From contig OZ024741.1 of NCBI GenBank assembly GCA_964016885.1, positions 100,998,001 through 101,062,000 on the forward strand: 64,000 nt of DNA. The letters run 5' to 3'. The translations under genes and the position numbers were made by a program. This stretch comes from Eledone cirrhosa (lineage: Eukaryota). This document shows positions 27,263 to 39,869 of this stretch, in pieces. Position 1 is the stretch's first letter. Each line of letters starts with the position of its first letter. A model generated the notes under the pieces. That model was given only the letters and a program-made list of their open reading frames with translations, did not search any database and was not told the DNA's origin.

Positions 27263-27899
27263 CTATCTGTTTGGATAATTTCAGTTCATGAAAGTCTTTC
27301 AACTCACTGTATTACATGTGATTCTCTACTATACCTGTACCTATTATGCGGAACACTATCCTAACGTATTTTCCCCTCAACCATTATTCTTGGTACTCAT
27401 AATTAGCGTCACTAGATTATTTCTATATCTTCAAACATTGATTACTCTTAGTAGTGCCAACTGAATAGAATATGCTTCGCTAAAACTGAAACATGTTTAT
27501 TGTTTTTACCTGTTAACTTTAAACACAAGATCCAGTCCAATTTACATTGTCTATATTGTCATAAAATTTCAATCAACCGATCTTATTGAAGTTATCCCCC
27601 TTGTTTTTTTTTTTTAGATCTTAAACGTCACCAGAAGGTGCTCTTTGTCTAGTAATTACTTGGATAATCTTAGTTGATCAAAGTGTTTCAACTCATTATA
27701 TTATACATTAGAACTCCAGAAAATATGGCAGCAGTAAGAACATCCATTCAGCAATCGCCAAAGCATTCGGCTAGTAGGCATAGCATAGCACGAGGGATAT
27801 AAAGTCGGAGTTTGAGGAGGATTCTACATACCGATTTGAAACTGCATCCTTACAAAATGATATTGGTTTAAGAATTAACTGAAACAGATCATGCCGCCA

Positions 27900-28144
27900 A
27901 CCGCAGGGCCGCAAATCAATGCGATTCCACCCGAGATGACCCGGAAAGTCATGGAGAACTTTCAGGAACGACTCCAATGCATTGCCAACGACGGCTGCCA
28001 TTTGACTAATATAATTTAAAAAAACATTAAAACAATACTATTTTTTTCTGTACTTTTTTGAAATATAATAAGTTTTTTCTAGATAGTTGTGTTCTTTTTT
28101 TATATTCGTTCAAAATGTGGGAGATCTTTACGCCCAACCCTGTA
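27900..28144 (+). mobile_element. Tc1/mariner-type transposase C-terminal remnant with right TIR
   Basis: INAIPPEMTRKVMENF...CIANDG.HL; ends cccaaccctg-TA. Confidence 0.55.
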
Positions 28145-28179
28145 TGTGTAAGACCCTACTATAGTAGATTGTGTTATGC

Positions 28180-28600
28180 AGAATGATCCTCTCTATTTGG
28201 CACATAAACTTGCACCACCCACAGAACTATTTTTTCAGCCTAACTCCAAGAAGCAAATCCTCCCTCCTAATGGGATTCAGTTCATAACACATTCTGACAG
28301 CCGGGGGCTTATGAGTATCCCCTCTTCCACCTGTACAATCTTTAATGGTACCACACCAGAATAGTGGACTTTCCATCCTCCATCCAAATCTACAGTATCA
28401 GATCCTCAGAACTTTGTTGTGGAAACTCCGACTATATCTAGCCGGTAGCATCTAGCCTCCTCCACCAGTACCTGCTTCTTGCCTGTAAAGGTTGTAACGT
28501 TCCAGTTACCAATTGTCAAGCTTAGCTCCCTTTCGGACCCTTTCTTTGGTTTCGGGATACATAACCTTTGTGCCTCCCAGGACAGATAGCAAGCCCACTG
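28180..28600 (-). mobile_element. RTE LINE 5' (APE endonuclease) fragment in TMIE intron 1
   Basis: LTIGNWNVTTFTGKKQVLVEEARCYRLDIVGVSTTK; same family as 37090-38105. Confidence 0.8.
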
Positions 28601-28654
28601 CCAGTTCTTGTTTCTTTTAATACTTCTTTCTTTATTCGACTTTGTAACTTCTAG

Positions 28655-28802
28655 CCAATCGATACCAAACTTGATGACAAAACACAATCTATGGCCGTTG
28701 TATCCACAACAGAATTTTCCATCGAATCGGTAGTCATCCCAGAAGCTGGTCTCAGGGTTTGGCATATTGCCGCCTTGGCCATTTCATTACTGTTGACAGT
28801 CA
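28655..28802 (+). CDS. TMIE: TMIE-like gene, coding exon 2: PIDTKLDDKTQSMAVVSTTEFSIESVVIPEAGLRVWHIAALAISLLLTV(I)
   Basis: Acceptor tttgtaacttctag|, 148 nt (49 codons +1), donor |gtaagt. LRVWH plus the hydrophobic run aligns with vertebrate TMIE MRLWHVVGIFSLFVLSI. Confidence 0.85.
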
Positions 28803-28874
28803 GTAAGTAGACATAGAAATATTTGTTTACCCTATATGTTGTGTTGTAATTATTATTTAAACAATGGCCATACT

Positions 28875-29050
28875 CTTCTTCTTCTTCTTCTTCTTCTTCT
28901 TCTTCTTCTTCTTCTTCTTCTTCTTCTTCTTCTTCTTCTTCTTCTTCTTCTTCTTCTTCTTCTTCTTCTTCTTCTTCTTCTTCTTCTTCTTCTTCTTCTT
29001 CTTCTTCTTCTTCTTCTTCTTCTTCTTCTTCTTCTTCTTCTTCTTCTTCT
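28875..29050. repeat. Long pure (CTT)n microsatellite
   Basis: ~58 units; the source of the poly-L/F/R ORFs. Confidence 0.95.
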
Positions 29051-29481
29051 ACCTTTCATCTTTTCGTTCGAGATCAATAAATAAAATAGCAGTCAAGTGA
29101 CGGTTGCTAGGTAGAAATATTAAATCACTCGTTACTACCGACTATGTGCGATCTGGGCTCACCGGAAAAGTGGCAGCGTTTCTGCCAATTGTTGCTCTTT
29201 TCTTTCCTCTTAGTATACCAATATATATGGGTTCCATTCATTTTGAGCGAAGTTAATTTTTAGCGAAGTTATTTTGAGTAATGCTAGAACTGACAAGTTC
29301 ATAGGCTAACCAAGATACTCTCATGGATTGACCAAATGAGGTTTATTTTTCAACATAGTCCTTGGAAAGAAACAATGCCTTTATCAATAAGAAAAGTTGA
29401 AATTAATGTCCGTCACAACATATATGTAGGAGAGGAAAACGGGAGGAGTGAAAAGTTGTTGTTGTTGTAAGTGCATATATC

Positions 29482-29527
<46 letters not shown>

Positions 29528-30500
29528 AGGTAAATATCTCTCTGAGTTCTAAGTACCCATAGAGATATATACGATGATTGTTTAATATTTGTTTGTTCTG
29601 CTCATCACAATTTTTATAGTTCTGGTATCTCAAATTAGTACCATAGAACAACAATTATATTATAGACACCCTATATTTACCTCATTTTATATATTCTCCA
29701 ATCTATGTAGAGAAAAAAATTCGTTGTTGCTTACTGCTATTTTTTTAGCAGCAAAGCCAGCAACACGTCTGTAATATTCCCGCTTTCACTAGTGGCCAGT
29801 TCACGTGTGGGTCACTTTAACGGCCATAACTCATACGAGCTGGTAGTTGGCATTATATTTGCAGGCTGTGGGACTTAGTCCTATAGAGTGGAAATAGCTA
29901 TCTGATGAACTTTACTTTTCCGTTAGAAATTCCCTGAATTTCTAATCTTTTGTAAAGCGAAACCGCCGGTAATAGCATTGCGAACAGGTAGATATTTAAA
30001 TCATTTTTTAATTTATTTAAAGGATTGTTTAATATTTGTTTGTTCTGCTCATCTCAATTTATATATATATATATATATAGTGAAAAATGGAACGGGAACA
30101 AAACAGAGAGGCAGTACGAACAAAGGTTTATTAGTTTCACGCTCTTGAGAGTGGGGGGGGGGGGGGGATTTTCGGGCATAAGCCCTTCTTCAGGCGAAAA
30201 CTGTGTGGGAAGAGAGTTCCATATATATATATGCTTAATAGGCATCGCTCAAAATGACTTCGTTCAAACGACTGAACACAATATATATGTATATGGATGT
30301 ATGTATGTATGTATATGCATACACACACACACACTCACGCACGCACACACACACTCGCGCACACACGCACTCACACGCACACACACACACACACACACAT
30401 ATATATAACTTGATATGTTTGTGTGTGTCTATGTATTTTTACACCAAAACAAGTCTTTGACTGACCAATACACTTTCCAAAACGCACCCCCCCCCCCACA

Positions 30501-30567
<67 letters not shown>

Positions 30568-30751
30568 ATCCTTAATTGCTCGCTCACGTAAATACGCACA
30601 TGAATACCGAGGAATACATACCTGCATTGCCGCCCCACCAATTACACCAAAATATACCCATACGCTCACACAAAAAAAAAAAAATAGAGCCAATGCCTAT
30701 ATATATATCTTTTCGGTCCACATACTACAACGAAAATATATCTTTTGTCGC

Positions 30752-30826
30752 ATCACCAGTCTGAGGAGCAGATGGATGCTGGAGTCGGTTAGCCAATCCT
30801 CTGCGAAACGCGGGTAACAGGTCGAT
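30752..30826 (+). ncRNA. Type I hammerhead ribozyme motif, sense strand within TMIE intron 2
   Basis: accagt-CTGAGGA-GCAGA(t)GGAT...ATCCTCTGC-GAAA-C gcgg GTA-acaggt. Followed by AATAAA (30831) and a (TA)n tract. Confidence 0.8.
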
Positions 30827-30870
30827 AGGCAATAAATATTTTTCATTTGTAAACGAAACTTCCTCGTTTT

Positions 30871-30992
<122 letters not shown>

Positions 30993-31043
30993 ATATATAT
31001 AAGGGAACAAAGAATCAGCGTTGCATCATATACATATTTAATT

Positions 31044-31133
31044 ACATATTACATGTTTCACTGTCGATGAGCTCGAGGAACGATCGATTGATGATCGATC
31101 CTGACTCTGGAATCCGAAGCTCCTCAGATATGT
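31044..31133 (-). ncRNA. Type I hammerhead ribozyme motif with extended stem II
   Basis: Minus strand: acatat-CTGAGGA-gcttcg...cgacagt-GAA-ACATGT-A-atatgt. 6-bp stem I, palindromic stem III. Confidence 0.75.
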
Positions 31134-31388
31134 GTTCACATGCAGAGTGCTCATCTTGGCATACCGCCTACCGACGTAATTAATTTGCACTTCTAATACC
31201 TATATATATATATATATACCTATATATATACCTATATACATATATATATATATATAACATAAATAAAGATGCTGATGTTACATAAATAGTTTAATCATTA
31301 TAATTATTTCAACTGTTCTCCCATGCAATCAAGATGTATATATGTTATTTTTATACTGAATCTCCATCGTAACTACAAACTACGAACG

Positions 31389-31441
<53 letters not shown>

Positions 31442-31947
31442 TAAAGTTAGTCCTTCATCAGTGATCTTCCAACCATCATTGGTATTTCATCGCTTTAAAG
31501 ACCATATACCTCCGGTTGGTGCGAGCAACGGCTAAAAAAAGTCGTTGGGACACGTAAATAAAGGGGACACGAGTGTAAACAACAAAAATGGTGAGCAACG
31601 AAAAGTGAGGAAGAAGGAGTCAAGTCCCAAATTTCTATGAATTTAAATTCGGTGAAATCGTGAAGGAGAGAGAATAAAGACCATCAAACCTGGTTGGAAT
31701 GTAAGCAAGGAAGGAATTCCGTACAGGTCTAACGGGAGGAAGAAGGGATCTAGTCTGTGAATTCGGTGAACGTGAGTTCTGTGAAATCGTAGACGAGTGA
31801 GAGAGAAAGAACGACCTGCTAGACCAAGAGTGCGAAAGAAAAGAATTACGCACAGGTCAAACAGGAAGAAGGAGGAGGAGGAGAGGTAGTAACAGAGAAT
31901 GAGTGAGTGAAGGGTAAGGAAGAGGCTAACAGAGAGAATGACTGCTA

Positions 31948-32010
<63 letters not shown>

Positions 32011-32732
32011 CATACACACGCACACACACACACATATATATATATATATTTATTTATATATATATATTCAGAGAGAGAGAGAGAGAGAGCGCAGAGTGAA
32101 GTTAGTTCCGATAAGCAGAGTTCATTATAATAGCATTAAGCAAATCAGATTGAAGACAGCAGCATGTCTTTGGTTGGAGCGTGTTAGTGAATAAATCTTT
32201 ATAAACAGCTAGCAGAAAACCACCCCAATGCTAGCATGTGTAGTGTGCATATTGATATTATATGCAAGTATATATGCATGTAGATATGATACATCAAATA
32301 AAATCGTAATTGACAATATACACAGAAATTGAACGAAGACTGCACTCTCTTATGTAATCAGTAACGTAATCATGATACATTACAAAAAAGACGATATTAT
32401 ATATAAACTGCATTAGGAGAAAATTAGTGACGGAAATATATGAATGTTTATTTAAGCGATCGCTAACCGGAAGTGTTGACATTTGAAAATTTTAAAGAAG
32501 TGAATCTTAAAATAAGCAACAATTATTTACATTTGATAAAAAAAAACGAAGTTTAGTAGATAAATTATGTAATATTCATTCATTATTTATTCAAAGTAAT
32601 CCAACTTATTTTACAAACGGCATAAACAAATATATTCTGGACGCAGTCCCACACTCCTTACTTTATTATAGTTTAGATTAGTTGGATGTATTTCTATTGT
32701 GATTGAAGAGTTCCTTACTTTGTCTTTAACAG

Positions 32733-32876
32733 TCGTCATAACTTGTTGCTGTGTCGATTTTCGCATCCCAAGAACTGTCCAACAGATCGAGGAGACTGAT
32801 CGAAAACTGAAACTTAACAAGCAATACATCAAGGAACTGAGTAGAGCTGCCTCTTCACCTACACCAGCATCCACTG
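32733..32876 (+). CDS. TMIE: TMIE-like gene, coding exon 3: (I)VITCCCVDFRIPRTVQQIEETDRKLKLNKQYIKELSRAASSPTPAST(D)
   Basis: Acceptor ctttgtctttaacag|, 144 nt, donor G|gtaagt, phase-compatible with exon 2. Matches the TMIE signature [37 protein letters not shown]. Confidence 0.9.
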
Positions 32877-34127
32877 GTAAGTCTCAGATTATTTTTTTTT
32901 TTCAAGTTTGCACTTGGTAAAGAAGGTGAGGGTGGAGAAGGGTGGTGGTGCTCTCCTGCAGTAAATTTACCAAAAGATGGGGAAAACTAGCGAAAATGGT
33001 ATAGGAGAATGTGACTACTTGTGTCTGTAGGTTGAATAACGTTAGTTGGGAGAGAGCATTGCCCATTGGTGGTCAAGGCGATTGTGGATCAGCTCTCTAT
33101 AACATTTTTATGTAACCCCCACCCCACCTTAATTTCGTTACTTGTCTTTGTAATATCTCTTCCATCAGATGTCCCTGTGGCAAATAAAAGACATTCTTCT
33201 TCTTCTTCTTCTTTCAGTGACGGTAGAGTGTCGGTAAACATGCTTCGCAGCATGGAGTTACGACTCTTTGCGTTCTGAGTTCCAATCCCACTACGGTTAG
33301 CTTTGCCTTTGATCCTTACAGGGTCGATAAAATAAAGTACCAGTAACGCACTGGGGTCGATATAAACGACTTTCCCCTCCCCTCCAAAATGTTGGCCTTG
33401 CGCCTAATTCAGAAACCATTATTAAGGGGTCGATAAAATAAAGTACCACTAATTACACTGGGTTATTGCTGGCCTTGTGCCTAAAGTAGAAACAATTATT
33501 ATTGTTATTGTTCTTTTGCAATGATCTAATTAACACTGGATTATTTAATTGACTCCCTATCAAGTGAAGTAACCCCAGATATACAGTACTTTCGCAGACT
33601 ATTTGCTGTTTCCAAAAGTGTCGTAATGCTTGGATTAATTCCATATATATCAATTATTTGAACGGTATCTATTTCGTCCCTGTGCGTTCTGAATTCAAAT
33701 CCTCTTGCCCCGGAAAATGTTGACATGATAGGGCTGAAACCCCATAAAATGTCGACTAAACTTATGCAGACGTGAGCTATAGCAACAACAATAATAACTG
33801 GCAGTACCTGAAGATCGCTGATCGCATTTGATTATGTAATGGGACGCAAGTTTGCCTTATTGGGAAGTGGTTGGAGGTACAAATGCGAAAACTGTGGGAC
33901 CACGAGCCATTTATGATGGAGAAAAATGCTTGTTCCACCTTCCCTGCTACCAGAATCTGTAATATAGAAACAGCTACCATTGCTACAACAACCAGAGAAG
34001 TCGAAATATCAGCATCACAACTCTTAGCAGCAATAAAAGCTGCAGAAATTATCCCAAGAATTGCAAGCATTTAAGCCAAGTCTCCGATTTGAGGATATCT
34101 TTCTACCCACTTCCTTTCCTCCCACAG

Positions 34128-34291
34128 ATTTCGGAGGTCTCGAAAAGGGTTATGGGCACCGCACTCTTCTCCTGAATAAACCGTACGCCACCCAAGCAAA
34201 AACAAAACAAAAACAAGCAAAGAAAAAATCAGTCACCTTCAAACAAAAGGATATCGTGAGGACCTTCTACACCCACCAACAATGGATATAA
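34128..34291 (+). CDS. TMIE: TMIE-like gene, terminal coding exon: (D)FGGLEKGYGHRTLLLNKPYATQAKTKQKQAKKKSVTFKQKDIVRTFYTHQQWI*
   Basis: Strong polypyrimidine acceptor cttcctttcctcccacag|, phase 1, open to TAA at 34291. Lys-rich tail as in TMIE. Less conserved, so less certain. Confidence 0.7.
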
Positions 34292-34303
34292 ACTCCTCCT
34301 CCA

Positions 34304-34341
<38 letters not shown>

Positions 34342-34472
34342 CCATCATCATCATCACCACCACCATCATCATCATCATCAGCATCACCATCATCTAATTT
34401 GTACAATTTCTTTCATTCCCGTTTTAGGAAGTGCGACAAACAGCAGGAGAGAAACGCAGAGATAACCCACTG

Positions 34473-34567
<95 letters not shown>

Positions 34568-36643
34568 GTACACACAGAAACGCCTCACACCCATGTAAAT
34601 CTTGGTACTTTAGTAGCAGTTTTAACAAAATATAACCAAATCTGTTTTAATATTAGTATTTTATCTTATCCGTTTCAATGTGCGTGGATTGGCAGTATCG
34701 GTAGAGGGTCGGACGCCATACTTTGCAGCATAGAGTTTAGGTCCTTTACGGTTTGAGTTCAAATCCCGCCGAGGTTCACTTTGCCTTTCATCCTTATAGG
34801 GTCGATAAAATAAAGTACCAGTAATGCACTAGAGTAATTGCTGGCCTTGTGCCCAAAGTAGAAACAATTATATCAAGAACATTTTTCGTTACTTCTATAC
34901 TTTAATTGTCTAGTTTTTTTTTCTTATTTATTTATTAATTAATTAATTTATTTATTTATTTATTTGTTTGTTTATTTATTTATTTATTTGTTTGTTAATT
35001 AATTAATTAATTAATTAATTTATTTATTTATTTATTTATATCTGATTAAATTCTATGGTTACTTTTCGGCCCAATTATTGTATATTTACCCTTGGAGACA
35101 TTAATTAATTCTGCTATGGTTTCTCAAATATACTTTATTTGATTTCACTTCAATTTAATAGCTTTTTCGTATACAACGTCAAAGGTGCGTGGCCTAGTGG
35201 TTAGGGTGTTGATCTCACGATAGTAAGGTCGTGGGTTCGATACCTAGATTGAGTGACGCCTTGTGTAATTGAACAAGATACTTCATTCCACTCAACTGAA
35301 AATGACTGCAGCAGCAACCGGAGGGTTAGCCCAGCGATGAAACTTGGATAAACCCCGGGCATCGTCGATACCATTCAAGTATGCAAAAACAGATACAAAA
35401 CACTAACTCTAACTATACTATCTTAGAGGTAACGAAAAGATTCAACAATAAAAACTTCTAGCTGCTTTATAGCATCCTTTGTTTTCCATTTTTTCTTTAT
35501 TTTTTAATGCTTATTTTAATGTTTCCGTTGGCCTTTCTTATTTAAAATTTTATTTTAATTTTATATTCACTTATCTCTATCCATCTTTTTTTGTTTCTCA
35601 ACTGTAAGAAGTATTAGATACTTCCCCTAGTCTGTCATGGCTTACTAGCTTTATACGGACGTTAAAATTGATTAAATAAATACATTTTAAAACAAATATA
35701 ATACCTTTCAGAATTAAACAAACGAATAAAAGTATGTGAATTTTGCAAATATCTCTTATATAACAATTATTATTTTGTCAATTATAATTTTTTGAAGTAA
35801 TTGTCTTTTCGTCGCCCTTGGGATATCTGGCGTTCTCAGTCTCCGTATTACCGTTTTCCTCCACAAAATCGGGATGTGTGCATCCTGTTTGAGGTAGGAG
35901 TCCTGTAATGTAGAGTGACTGATTTAGTGGATGTCACTGGCTATTCTCAGCAACAATGCCTTCACCATTTTATTTGCGGGTTGCAGCCGAGATATACCAC
36001 ATTGACTGAGGTATAGAGTCTGTCGCTATCTCACTCCTTTCTTTTCTTTTGGCAATTTAATTTCTTCTTCTTTTCTTTTTCGTTTTTCTTTTAATGTGCA
36101 AATATTGATGAATTATAATTTTTTTTCAGAAATAAAATATGCAATCATTTCCATTGTTTTTATTATTTATTCCATTATTAGACTAACTAAACCTATATTT
36201 AAATCTGAATTTCACTTGGCATGTAAAATAATTCTTTCTAGCCTTATATTTTCAGTTACTTCCCGTTAACCATCATGTAGTAGTTGCTTCCCTTGAAGCG
36301 TGTTTCATTGAAAATCGGTCGGTCACCTTAAATATAGTAAAGTCATCTGATTTGACCGATACATCGGACATATTATTATGCTTATGTGTATTCGTGCGCG
36401 ATCGTATGTGTATGTGTTAGTGTATCTCTGTATGCATGTGTGTCTTGTCACAATTATTTAGACAGCGAATGTATAGAAGTCGTATAATATACCATCCAAC
36501 CTGCGTGAATACACTTACATATCTATCTATCTAACTATCCGTTTGTCTAAAACCTTCTACTGACCCACGTATCTAACTAACTAGCTAGCTACTTGCTTAT
36601 CGGCCTGCCTGTCAGCCAGCATACTCATCTACCTACCTACGTG

Positions 36644-36893
36644 GAGGCGCGTGGCCTAGTGGCAAGTGTTTTGGACTTACGATCATAATGTCACGGGTTC
36701 GATTACTGGGCTGGGTTGTGTGTTGTGTTCTTGAGCAAAGCACTTCATTTCACGTAACTCTAGTATACTCAGCTGAAAATGAGTACCAGCAATAGCTGGA
36801 GGTTTAAACTTGCGATGGACTGGCGCCCTGTCCAGGGGGCGGGTTATACTCTCAGCCGCTTGACGCGACGAAATCGGCTTGAGCCGGACTTTA
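36644..36893 (+). mobile_element. Further tRNA-derived SINE family (also 9745-10010, 35184-35340, 49372-49490)
   Basis: A box TGGCCTAGTGG, B box GGTTCGATT, then tgtgttcttgagcaaagcactt...ctcagctgaaaatgagtacc shared among copies. Confidence 0.75.
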
Positions 36894-37089
36894 GACTACC
36901 TACCTATCTTCATACGTTCATACTAACACACATTCTTCTTCTTCTTCTTCTTCTTCTTCTTCTTCTTCTTCTTCTTCTTCTTCTACCGGTTGGTTTCGCG
37001 CATAAAATCTGTCTAGCGATTCTTTCCTGCGACATTCTAACCACATGCCGATACTATCGGAGCTGTTATCTCTCAATTCAGTAAGCTAC

Positions 37090-38105
37090 TAGGGAAGATA
37101 GAGCAATGGGTGACACATGTAGCTCCAAAGAAACTCTCACAACCCTGTGACGTAGCTATAACGAGGCGAGTAAAGGCCGCTTCTAAAAAAGCCTAGTTTG
37201 CGGGTTTGACAAAGTACCAGACTGGGGACTGACACGAATAAGACCAATGAAACTGCAACTAGACTATGTTGAGAACCATACCGCATCGTCCTTCACGCGG
37301 GTTAACAACGGGCGCGTTCAGGCTTTAAGTGAGGGGCCTGTTTGAAAAATATATTGCAGTCTCTATTTCATGCCGCAAAAACTAGTGATGGGCCTGAGAT
37401 CTGTTCTGGGTGGCGTGGGATGGACGCACAAAGGTTGCGTATCTCGAGATCACAAAGAGGGTTCAAAAGGGAGAAAATCTTGACAATTGGAACCCGGAAC
37501 AAACAACCCTTGCAGGAACTAGTGGGGGGAAGCTAGATGCTACCGGCTAGATATAGTTAGTGTTTCCTTAACAAAGTACCGTGGCTCTGATACTATAGAT
37601 TTGGTTGGAGGATAGAAACTTCACTATTAAGATGTGGCGCCAGAAATGATTACACAGGCGGGAGTGGGGATACTCAAAAGCCCCCAGCTGTCAGAATGTG
37701 TTATGGACTGGATTCCATTAAGAGGGAGGATTTGCCTTCTAATGCTTAGGCTGAAAGATTTATCTCTGTGGGTGTTGCAAGTTTATGCACCAAACAAGGA
37801 GTCCGCATACAGATCCTTCCTTGGTGAAGTCACTGCAGTGTTAGATGTAGTTAAGACTAAGTCATATATCCTGATGGGAGACTTCAATGCACATGTTGGC
37901 ACTGACGATCTGGCATGGAAAGGAGTGGCTGAAAGGAATGGCGACCCCGATCTAAATACGGATGGAGAGACCTCATTAGACTTCTGTTCTAGCAATGGAT
38001 TCTCTATTATGAACACCTTCTTCCAGCACAGAGACATCCATAAATATACATGGTATAAGTCGAATCAGGGACAGAGATCAATAATGGATTTTGTTATTGT
38101 CTCTG
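37090..38105 (+). mobile_element. RTE LINE 5' UTR plus APE endonuclease fragment
   Basis: AGVGIL...LQVYAPN...ILMGDFNAHVG...IMNTFFQHRDIHKYTW...IMDFVIVS. Confidence 0.85.
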
Positions 38106-38566
38106 GTCCCAAGATACTTGACCTTATTTATTTGAAGCACGAGAAGCTGATAAGTTGCAGTGGAAGGCCAGGTGTTGCACAGAGGGTAGCACCAACCACC
38201 AGACTTCTTTCTATTCTCGCGTAAAGGGTGGGTTAACTGTTGCAGCAGTACATAGCAGCAATAATACAACAGCAACATCAAAACTACCACCATGGCAACA
38301 GAGCGGATTATCTAGTTCTTCTCGAATTAACGGAGGAGAATCTATACATGGTCGTTTGATTTGCTAGGGGTAGCTGCTAAATCTGCTCCAAATCACACAG
38401 TATGACCTTAGAAAACGACTTATTGCATAATATCATCCTGCGTTTTCTGCACATGAAAAAAAAAAGGATTGAACGGGCACACTGACCGAGAGGATGGTGG
38501 ATTGGCAGAATTGTTAGAACGTCGGATAAAAATCTATTGCAGTATCTATTCTGGCTCTTTACATTT

Positions 38567-39869
38567 GTCAATCCTCACTCTACACAGTGTCAATCCACAC
38601 TCCACACAGTGTCAATCCTCATTCCACACAGTGTCAACCAACACTCCACACAATGTCAATCCACACTCCACACAGTGTCAATCCTCATTCCACACAGTGT
38701 CAACCGACACTCCACACAATGTCAATCCTCACTCCCCATAGCGTAAATCCTCACTCCACACAGTGTCACTCCTCACTCCACACAGTATCACTCCTCACTC
38801 CACACATTGTCAATCCACACTCCACACAGTGTCAATCCTCACTCCACACAGTGTCAATCCTCACTCCACACAATGTCAATCCACAATCCACACAGTGTCA
38901 ATCCACACTCCACACATTGTCAATCCACACTCCACACATTGTCAATCCACACTCCACACATTGTCAATCCACACTCCACACAGTGTCAATCCTCACTCCA
39001 CACAGTATCACTCCTCACTCCACACATTGTCAATCCTCACTCCCCACAGCGCCAATCCTCACTCCACACAATGTCAATCCACACTCCACACAATGTCAAT
39101 CCACACTCCACACAGAGTGTCACTCCACACTCCACACTCCACACAGTGTCACTCTTCACTCCACACAGTGTCAATCCTCACTCCACACAATGTCAATCCA
39201 CACTCCACACAATGTCAATCCACAATCCACACAGTGTCAATCCTCACTCCCCACGGCGTCAATCCTCACTCCACACAGTGTCAATCCTCACTCCACACAA
39301 TGTCAATCCACACTCCACACAGTGTCAATCCACACTCCACACAATGTCAATCCACACTCCACACAGTGTCAATCCACACTCCACACATTGTCAATCCACA
39401 CTCCACACAGTGTCAATCCACACTCCACACAGTGTCAATCCACACTCCACACAGTGTTAATCCACAATCCACACAGTGTCAATCCACACTCCACACAGTG
39501 TCAATCCACACTCCACACAGTATCACTCCTCACTCCACACAGTGTCAATCCTCACTCCCCACAGCGTCAATCCACACTCCACACAGTGTCAATCCACACT
39601 CCACAGAGTGTCAATCCACACTCCACACAGTGTCAATCCACACTCCACAGAGTGTCAATCCACACTCCACAGAGTGTCAATCCACACTCCACACAGTGTC
39701 AATCCACACTCCACAGAGTGTCAATCCACACTCCACACAGTGTCAATCCACACTCCACAGAGTGTCAATCCACACTCCACACAGTGTCAATCCACACTCC
39801 ACACAGTGTCAATCCACACTCCACACAGTGTCAATCCACACTCCACACAGTGTCAATCCACACTCCACA
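38567..39869. repeat. Minisatellite, ~59 x 22 bp
   Basis: Unit gtcaatccacactccacacagt with variants; begins at the break point of a SINE head (~38490-38566). Confidence 0.95.

Noticed and set aside
29895-29945. CTGATGA...GAAA hammerhead candidate
   Set aside because: Stem I does not pair and stem II is poor.
33169-33278. Alternative TMIE terminal exon (ccatcag|ATGTCC..., DVPVANKRHSSS...)
   Set aside because: Phase-compatible, but it lies in a repeat-like 3' end with AATAAA and runs into a SINE. The 34128 acceptor is stronger and gives the Lys-rich tail. Minor exonisation is not excluded.
33820-34060. Helitron helicase fragment (LCNGT) or extra TMIE exon
   Set aside because: Only a 5-residue match with stops nearby; no convincing splice pair.
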